DNA of 64,000 bases, from assembly GCF_009914755.1 (NCBI RefSeq), contig NC_060934.1; one strand, 5' to 3'. Shown piece by piece: positions 49,897-64,000 of this stretch; within the stretch, counting starts at the first letter, position 1, and each line of letters starts with the position of its first letter. The notes under the pieces are model-generated. The model did not search any database, was not told where the DNA came from, and saw only the letters and a list, made by a program, of their open reading frames with translations. A program made the position numbers and the translations under genes. The stretch comes from the human T2T-CHM13v2.0 reference genome, Homo sapiens.

Positions 49897-51458
49897 GTAC
49901 GGGCAGCTGTGGGGGGGACCGGGAGCCGCCGACCCTCGCTCTGGCCCTGCCCGCGCCCGCCCTCGAGGCTCTTGGTGAGCAGAACCCGGCGTGCCGGGAG
50001 GAGTTCCACGGCCAGGGGGCCGTGAGAGGGGCAAAAAGTTTGGAGTCTAGACCTGGGGGAGGACAGAGCGAGCGGCCTGGGTCGTAGACTTTGGGTGAAA
50101 CTTAGCTAAGGAGTGGCGTCTGGTTTCCTTGGAACCCCGTTTTGACCTGAGAGGGACTCCTGTTAATCCACAAAATTAGTTTTCCTTACCCTCTTCCCCT
50201 CCCCCTTCCCCCTCCCCAACTTGTGAAGTGTTTGTCAGCGATGTCACTGGCAAGAACCGGGTTATCTTTCAGGGGAATGACCCCCTTATAATTTTAAGTC
50301 TCTGTCTGAGAACCAATGATAAGCATTCTTTTGGAAAGCCTGATAGGCTGATTTCATTCTCCCACTTTCCCTGAACCCGCACCCCCCGTCCCCCCCGCCC
50401 CATCCCGTCCCCACCTCCGAACTGTAAGGTCAGAGTATCCGCAAGGGAGATTTAACGGTCAGACCAGAGTAGAGGTTATGGAAAACAGCCAAATGAGTCC
50501 AACGCTGAACATTTAGTGTACTTGACGATCGTTGAGTTCATTGAAGACGTTTCAGCTCGTACAGGAGTCCAGTTGCCCATTCTTGGGGGGCCCCAGTCGG
50601 TAAAACTCTTTGTGAAGTCGGGTGCACCGCCCTCTGCTGTTGAAATTCTGGTCCGTGGGTCCTACCATGAGTTTTTGGAGACTCTAGATCCACATTTCCC
50701 CCGAGCCAAGTCTTACTTCCTGGCATAGCAAGTTGTACAAGCTAATTCATGATGTTTGTGGTTGCTTACAATTCTCAATAGACACCACTTGCCACCCATT
50801 TCAGCAGGTGGTACCAACTCTTTGTACTCAGTAAAATTCCAACTGTAAGGTGTTAAATGAAGGCCCTCCCTTAATTGAGTTTATACCCAGTTAAATGCTT
50901 TTGGGCCTGCCACACCCAGAACACAAATGACCCAAGGGTACACATCCTTCCAGAGTGACAGACATTTTTTTGGAGCTTAGAATTTTGAGCCATCTCAGTT
51001 AATAGGAATTATGTCACTGATTTTTTTCAGTTGAGATAACTGGTGATTCATCCAGCCCTTGTTTCAGGTCAACATCCTGACAATTGTATTGACTGCTTTA
51101 TATATATATGTGTGTGATATGTGTGTGGTTTATAAGCTCTTGGAAGCAGAAACTTACTATTGTTTATCTTGAATCCCAGAACAGAGCCTGGTACTCAGTA
51201 GGTAATCAGTAAGTATTTGTTGTATGAACTAATGCACAAACTTATTTGTCAGTTTCCCCAGTTGTCTAGGGGGTCTGATAATTTACCAGGTTTTCCTTTC
51301 ATTGTAAATTGGCAAATTGTGGCAAATTAAAATATGCCCAGAGGAAACCACCTGCCACTGCCAGTTCTATTCTGTTGAGACCCTGTTCTGATGTGGGGTA
51401 TTTTGTAGTTAATTTTTTTCCTTTGAGGGCCTCCTGCTTTTCATTTTTACATAGTGAC

Positions 51459-53409
<1,951 letters not shown>

Positions 53410-53676
53410 TGTTATTTTTCAGTAAATCAATTATTAAACATTTACACTTATTGAATTTATTTAACAAATACTGAGTGTCTTCATATGCCCAGTACTATTC
53501 TAGGCCCTTGGTATATAGTGGTGAATTGAACATAACAAAAATGCCCTTATGGAGCTTCAATTCCAGGGGTGTTTGTGTTGTCTAAACTGTCAAAGTGAAG
53601 ACTATTTTAATTGTAATATGAATGGTATGTTCAATTTATACCATTTAATCTTTCAGGGTTTTTAAACTAGAGGCAA

Positions 53677-54537
<861 letters not shown>

Positions 54538-55528
54538 ATATGGATATATATTCTTTGGATTGCCTTTCGTTTTTATAAACTATAAGTGTTTTATGTAAAT
54601 TCATTATTTGAACCTTTTAAGTTGTTGTGGGGAAACAAGAATGGTGGAAAGGGGGGTGATTTTTCTAGTGTCGTGAATGTTTCAGTGTCACAAATATCAT
54701 CTCCCTGAAATGATAACCATTCATAAGCCCAAACCCTTTATGTCAGGCCTTTTGAACCTTAGTTAGCTCTTCTGTCTTTCATTGCTTCAATTCTTTAATA
54801 AGAAGTTGTTATATATTACTTTCTCTTTGACCACCGACATTCTCATTTTTCTCTAAAACTTCTCAAAGTTAGGAGTGAATTTACAGAGAACAATGCAAAG
54901 AATATTATAACAAACTGCAGGAATGGACCTCTGATTTGAAGCCTGGACCTACTGAGAAATGCTTTTGGAAACTACTTCTGCTTCCCCCGTCTTAAAATAA
55001 ACACGCATTAATTTGTTGAGGTTGTTTTGCATCACTTACTTGCATCTAGTAAATAGGCAAGGAGTGTAGCCAGAATGTCCCCAGAATGGTCAGATGGCAG
55101 AAAGAGCAGAGAGAGTGGTCTATTCTTCCAGCCCCCTCCCACAATGGTATAGTGAATTAGAATTCTGCCTCTGTGAGAGTGTTATCCACAGATGTATACC
55201 CCTTTGAAGACCAAGGAAGCTATACTCTGATAGGAGCATGCTGTATAAACAATTTCACATTTTCTTTGTCAGTTGACCTCTTTTTCTCAATCACATCACC
55301 ATGTTGACAATTACAGACCAATGCCCAGAATTAAAAATCATCATCAATTATATTTATTTCCAGATATATGTAAAAAATGGAAACATCATAGATAAAATTA
55401 AATCCCCTTTGACCACCATCCCCAATGGCATATCTTCTCATCCCCACTCCACTATCATAAAATGGGTTTATATTCTTCCATCCTTCTTGGTTTAATGCTT
55501 TTATATAGAAAAGTATATTAATAGACTA

Positions 55529-57484
55529 CTTTTTTTTTTTTTTTTTTGAGTCAGGGTCTTACTCCATTGCTCAGGCTGGAGTGGAGGGTCACAGTCACGG
55601 CTCACTACAGCCTCAACCTCCCAGGCTCAAGTGATCCTCCCACCTCAGCTTCCAGAGTAGCTGGGACTACTGGTGTGCACCACCACACCTAGCTGATTTT
55701 TTGTATTTTTTTTGTGGAGATGGAGTTTCACCACGTTGCCCAGGCTGGTCTCAAACTCCTGGGCTCAAGTGATCCGCTCGCCTCGGCCTCCCAAAGCTCC
55801 CAAAGTGGGGGACTACAGGTGTGTTCCACCACATCCAGCTTTCAACTTTTTTTTTTTTTTTTTTTTTTTGAGACAGAGTCTCACCCTGCCACCCAAGCTG
55901 GAGTGCAATGGCGTGGTCTCGGCTCACTGTTGCAACCTCCACCTCCTGAGTTCAATTGATTCTCCCACCTCAACCTCCCAAGTGGCTGGGACTACAAGCA
56001 CGTGCCACCACACCCAGCTAATTTTTTGTATTTTTAGTAGAGACAGGGTTTCACTGTGTTGGCCAGACTGGTTCAAACTCCCGACCTCGTGATCCACCTG
56101 CCTCGGCCTCCCAAAGTGCTGGGATTTCAGGCATGAGCCGCCACACCTGGCCTTTTTTCTTTTTTAATCCAGTCTCGTTTATGACATTTAGATTCTTATT
56201 TTCTCTTTATTATTTTTCCTGATAATTTGACTTTCATTCCCCTTTCTTGTCATTAGCTCTACTGAAAGTGTACTGAAGGGCTGGGTGCAGTGGCTCACAC
56301 CTGTAATCCCAGCACTTTGGAAGACCGAGGCAGGCCAATCACTTGAGCTCAGGAGTTCAAGACCAGCCTGGCCAACATGGCGAATCCCCATCTCTACAAA
56401 AAATACAAACATTAGTAGGGCATAGTGGCACATACCTGTAATCTCAGCTACTCGGGAGGCTGAGGCACAAGAATCGCTTGAACCTGGGAGGCAAAGGTTG
56501 CAGTGAGCTGAGATCGTGCCACTGCACGATCTCTCTCTCTCTATATGTATATGTATACTAAAGGTCACCAATAATTTCTTAGTAAATATAATGACATTTT
56601 CTTCAGGACTTTTTATCCTTCAGAATCACGTTACCTTTTTCTTCCTTCAATTTCTATGTATGGTTCAATTCTCAGCATTTACTATTTTGAGAAAGTACAC
56701 TTACTCACTCTCTTTCCTGTTTATTCAAACAACTCCCAGATCTGTGTCTTTATTCCTGACCTCTTTTCCTCATTTCCTTTAGCACCTAATTTCTACCTGC
56801 CCAGTGGACATTTCCATTTGTGTGTATACAGTATTGCCAATCAATCTAAAACTAAGCTACTTATCTTGACTTCTCAATTTTTGGTCTTTGATATTACCAG
56901 TCTTCTTGTCCACCAGCTATAAAACATAAATTTTATTTGTTTGTTTGTTTTTGAGACAGGGTCTGGCTCTGTCGCCCAGGCTGGAGTGCAGTGGCCCATC
57001 TCGGCTTACTGCAACCTCCATCCCCCACCCTCCGGCTCAAAATATCCTCCCACCTCACCCTCCTGACTAGCTGGGACTGCATGTCCAGCTAATTTTTGTA
57101 TTTTTAGTAGAGACGGGCTTTCGCCGTGTTGCCCAGGCTGGTCTCAAACTCCTGAGCTTAAGTGACCCTCCTGCCTCAGCCTCCCATAGTGCTGGGATTA
57201 CAGGCATGAAGCTAGCCAAAACATAAGTTTTTCTTGTTTTCTTTGTTTTTGTTAAAGAAACAGGGTCTTGCACTCCCAGGCTCAAGCCTCCCAAGTAGCT
57301 AGGAGCACAGGGCAAGCCAGCATGCCCAGCTAATTTTTTTTAAACTTTTTTTTTTTTGGTGGGGAGGGGGATAGAGACGGGTCTCACTATGTTGCCCAGG
57401 CTGTCTCAAACTCCTGTTCTCCACCAATCCTACCTTGGCCTCCCAAAGTGTTAGGACTACAGGTATGAGCTACCTTGCCCGGCC
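55529..57484. mobile_element. Alu cluster: 55529-55840 -, 55846-56152 -, 56279-56527 +, 56930-57217 -, 57240-57484 -
   Basis: Alu consensus. Confidence 0.9.
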
Positions 57485-58269
57485 TATTTACATTTTTTTG
57501 CTGCCTTCTTTCCTTCCAGATCCACTTGTTCATCACATATTGTTGATTTTCCTTTTTCTAGCTTCAATTTTTCACTTGGTCCAGTTTGGCCTACAGAGTG
57601 GCACTAGAATTAGCGAAGGCACAATTATAATCATGCGATTTCTATACTTAAAAATCTGCCAGTCTCTGTGTCACGTAAAAGGATAAAACGTAAACTTTCA
57701 ACGGGGTAACGTGCTTTGATCTGTTACTATAATCCAGCCCCAACCTACCTTAACCATCCTTTCCTGCACTCCCCTTCATTGACCCCTGAACATATCCTGC
57801 TCTTTCATTTCTTTATTTTTGCTTTAGGTGCCTTCCTCCCTCCTAACACCTGGTGAAGTCTTACCCATATTGAATTCAGCTGAAATACCACAGTGACACC
57901 TTGCACAGCTCCCCCAAACAGAGTTAATAACTCCTTTCTGTGTTTCAATAGAACCTTGTTGCATTTATTATAGTGTATCACATTGTACTGTAAATTTTTT
58001 AATATACTTGTCCCATGTCTCAGAGCTTCCCACACACACACATATTCATCTGGAAGTTCACTGAGAACAGAAACTGCCTGTATTCCCTATCCTATTTTCC
58101 CACAAGGGCCTTAGTGCATAGGAGACCCTCTTTTGTATCATGATGTCTTTCTTTTCATTCTTTGTGACATATCAGTGCTTAGAATAATCATGCAGAAGCA
58201 CCATTTTTTTAAATTGCCTCATTTGCTCAAAACTTGTATTTTCTTACTGCTTATTGAGATTAAGTTCAG

Positions 58270-59551
<1,282 letters not shown>

Positions 59552-59980
59552 TGCCTCCTAATTCTTTACATGCCGTAGTTCACATAGATGACAATATTTA
59601 TATGGCCCATTGGAGTAAACTGAAAGGGATTTGCCTCTCTGGAGGAAGCACATTATGGCTGCTTTAAAGTACCTTAGTAAAATGAAACACGTATTTTTTG
59701 TACTGCTGTAATTTTCTAAGAAATGGGAAATGTAAATGTGAATTTTTCTCTGAATACACTATACATAGGGCAGCATGGTGCAGTGAAAAAAGCTGATGAT
59801 TTGGAGTCATGGCCCAGGTTGCATCCATGCCTCTCTGCTTACTGTGTGGCCTTGGCCAGATCACTTAACCTTTCTGGGCTTTTGGTTCTTGTTTAAGATG
59901 GGATTAATTGTGCTTTCAGAGTTTATGAACATCAAAGACAAAAGGCACGGCATGAATATACTATACTCAATAAATGATTG

Positions 59981-60605
<625 letters not shown>

Positions 60606-60640
60606 TATTCTCACCTTTTCTTTTTGGTAATGTGTCATGA

Positions 60641-61114
<474 letters not shown>

Positions 61115-62717
61115 TAGTCTTTTTCTTTGTCAAATAGAGCCCTCCTTACATTAACCACAGTATGAATCTCCAAACTTGTTCTAAATTGAGGAGTGCTTGT
61201 TCTCTTTCCTTAGAGCAGTCATGTAAATACACTATTAAGGCACCATATATAATACAACAGCAGCAATTTAAAGCTTATTCCACGCTTGCTTTCTATATTC
61301 TCACTCTTCTATTCTGCTACATTCCAATTTTCATCACAGTGATTTCTCAGGCAGGAGTCTGATTTCCCAGAATTTCCTAAGAATCCAAAAGAAACACCTG
61401 CAGTTTGAGTCTGCAAAGGCTTTACTACCAGCTGTTTTTTAAGTTACTGTACCTATCTTGCTTAATTTAGTGCCAGTGAGAAACTATCTTTTTGATAAAT
61501 AAAGCCCCCCTCACTTTTTTTTACATACTTTAAAAATAATTAACCTGTTTGATCAGATAGACTGTAAATTAGTCACAAATGAACCCTGTGAAGTGAGATT
61601 GTCTTTGTTATTCATCCTTTCCCAACTGGTTTGTAATATCTAGCTTCATCTTAAAATCTTTCTGCTCCAACCACATTGGTCTATGAATATATGTTCATTT
61701 CCATCTCTAAGCTTGCTTACTCTGTTTTTCTTCAAATACCTTTTCTTTCCACTCTAACTTGAATTCTCATCTGTAGTTATTTCCTTTTCTTGAAACCTCA
61801 GCTGTTTCATCCTGTTTCTTGGTCTCTCATCACATTTCTGTATTAAGGTTTCTAACAACTTTTCTTGGCACTTAATGCTTGGTATAGTGGTTTTTTTGTG
61901 ATCCTCGTATGCATGTTTGTTCGTTAACTAGACTGGAAGTTCCTTACATGTAGTTCCTTGTGGCATCAAATAATGAATGTACTTATTAGGTACTCAAGTG
62001 GATTTAGGAGGAGATCTTGAATAATGTTAGATTTAGGGCAATTTTGTCATGTATATTCCTTAAACTGTTTATAAATTTTACTGTTTACTCTTTATTAGTT
62101 TACTATATAACTGGCAAAAACCATCATAATTTTAAAATCACATGGAATTATATTACCCATACCAGTAAGACTATACATCTGTTCTTAGGAATAAGTAATA
62201 GTCCTTAGATTTGTCTAGTTTAGTTCTCTTCTGTTGTCTTCATATAATGACAGTGATTTGTTCTTTGTTCCCTGAACCAATCATGATACTTCCCAGATCT
62301 CCTTTTGCTTTGTAAATGAATATGCCCCAACTTGGTGAATAGGATGGTGTAGGAGTAACATCAGCAAGTAGGTGGCATTTAGAAAAGCTACCAGAAGGGT
62401 AATAAGGGTGAAAGAAAATGAATTGAAAGGGTTTAAATGAATCTTAAGATCTTAAGTAGTGGCGTGGCCTGTTGAAAAATTGGGGAAATGACTAGGAATC
62501 CAGAACATTTTCCACTGAATGCCAGGGTGCCAAGTAGAATTGCTTTATGTGCTAATGGTAAGAAAACTGCATCCATAAATTTTAGGAACTTGAATGGAAA
62601 GCTGACACCATCACTGTCATCATTGTCAATGTTGTTATTGCTAGTGGTCATATGGAGGTTATATATGTGCTAGGCAATTTTTAAGCAGTTTCTTAATCAC
62701 ATGTTTAATCTTTTACA

Positions 62718-63204
62718 ATAGGGGACCTTAACATAAAACATTTTTTATGCTAAAACTCCTTTGGTGGTCTGGTTAAGCCTATGGGTTCCTTCTCAGAATG
62801 TTTTTGAAAGAATAAAACAAAATATATAGGATTAGAAATGAAACCAATTATATTGAAGTACAGCTATCAAAATATTAAAAGCCTAAAATAGTAATATGAA
62901 CTTTAACACATTAAAATACAAGATTTATCAGTTGGCCTGATAACATTTAGCTCATTGTAATTTGAAATTAGTTATTTCGGGATCTCTACAGCTGTAAAGT
63001 AATATGAAAATTTCTGGTTGCTATACTCATTTCTAATTGCTGTGCTGCTAATATTACTGTGGTTTGCTTGCACTCATTATTGAAGAAAAGCTACATTTTA
63101 TTTAGAGCTTAGCAAAAATAAACGTGATGGTTTTTCTCCCCTCATTCAGATTTACCGATCCCCACCCCCTAAGTTTTTCATGGACCCCAGATTAAGAACC
63201 CCTG
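62718..63204. mobile_element. hAT-Charlie (Charlie4a-like) fossil inserted in a MIR
   Basis: Ends taggggaccttaac...catggaccccagattaagaacccctg; MIR sequence on both sides. Confidence 0.65.
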
Positions 63205-63490
63205 CTTTGCAACAACTCTGTGAAAGAGATTCTATCATTAAACCTATGTAGTTAGCAGGGGTTTGAACCCAGACAATCTGGCTCCAAAGTCCAGGTTCTT
63301 TAACCAGCTAGAATATCCTGAATTCGCATTATCTTTTTCCCCAAATTAATTTAACCTTGTTTCCTTAGGAAAAAATACCTTAAGCATTTTACTTATTGTT
63401 TAAAATTAAAAACCAAATAATTTAAAAATGTTTACAGTGAGCATAAAACAATTTGATTTCTATGTTACGGTGAGTTAAGAATATTTACAG

Positions 63491-63802
<312 letters not shown>

Positions 63803-63831
63803 TCAGAAAAAAGGAAGGAAGAATGGCTAGA

Positions 63832-63995
63832 GCAGAAGTTTTCAAACTTTCGGGATCATGATCACCTGATGGGCTTATTGAAACAAAGTGCTGGGTACCC
63901 CCAGAGTTTCTGATTCTGTAGGTCTGGGGCAAGGCCTAAAGATTTGCATTTCTAATGAGTCCCCAGGTGATGCTTATGCATCACACTGAGGACTG
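63832..63995. mobile_element. MER5A
   Basis: ccccagagtttctgattc.gtaggtctgggg...tttgcatttctaa..agt.cccaggtgatgct.atgc. Confidence 0.8.
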
Positions 63996-64000
63996 AGTTC

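Larger units (their letters stand above)
48900..50090. promoter_or_regulatory. CpG island / bidirectional promoter of CPEB3 and MARCHF5
   Basis: Very high GC and CpG content against a CpG-depleted background, repeat-free, with first-exon donors on both strands. Confidence 0.92.

Noticed and set aside
48849-50087. 412-aa + strand ORF across the CpG island
   Set aside because: No ATG at its start, low-complexity Pro/Ala/Arg/Gly content from GC-rich DNA, it begins before the inferred TSS and reads through the splice donor. Only the part from 49584 is kept, as a uORF candidate.
50516-50728. 70-aa ORF in the CpG shore
   Set aside because: Non-ATG start, no recognisable homology or splice context.

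Overview
Primate, almost certainly human, genomic DNA. It is repeat-dense: about 85 Alu copies or fragments counted by eye, plus old L1, L2, MIR, MaLR LTRs and Tigger/Charlie DNA transposon fossils. A CpG island at ~48.9-50.1 kb contains the first coding exon of MARCHF5 (MARCH5/MITOL) on the + strand: ATG at 49862, encoding MPDQALQQMLD(R), then a GT donor. MARCHF5 is known to be head-to-head with CPEB3, so I read the island as the CPEB3/MARCHF5 bidirectional promoter; it carries a ZNF143-type motif. On that reading, 1-49.3 kb is CPEB3 intron 1 (- strand) and 49.9-64 kb is MARCHF5 intron 1. No CPEB3 coding sequence is visible, so that name rests on known gene order plus minus-strand splice donors. 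A Y1 RNA retropseudogene lies at ~30.5 kb. Almost all ORFs in the supplied track are Alu/L1 translation artefacts. I did not find the CPEB3 HDV-like ribozyme here, and I see no convincing new multi-gene system. The best leads are small: uORFs in both leaders, several minus-strand splice signals (possible microexon or recursive site), a candidate internal CPEB3 promoter at ~1.5-1.85 kb, a 43-bp L1-derived fold-back hairpin, and a palindrome cluster. Repeat boundaries and subfamily names were judged by eye and are approximate.
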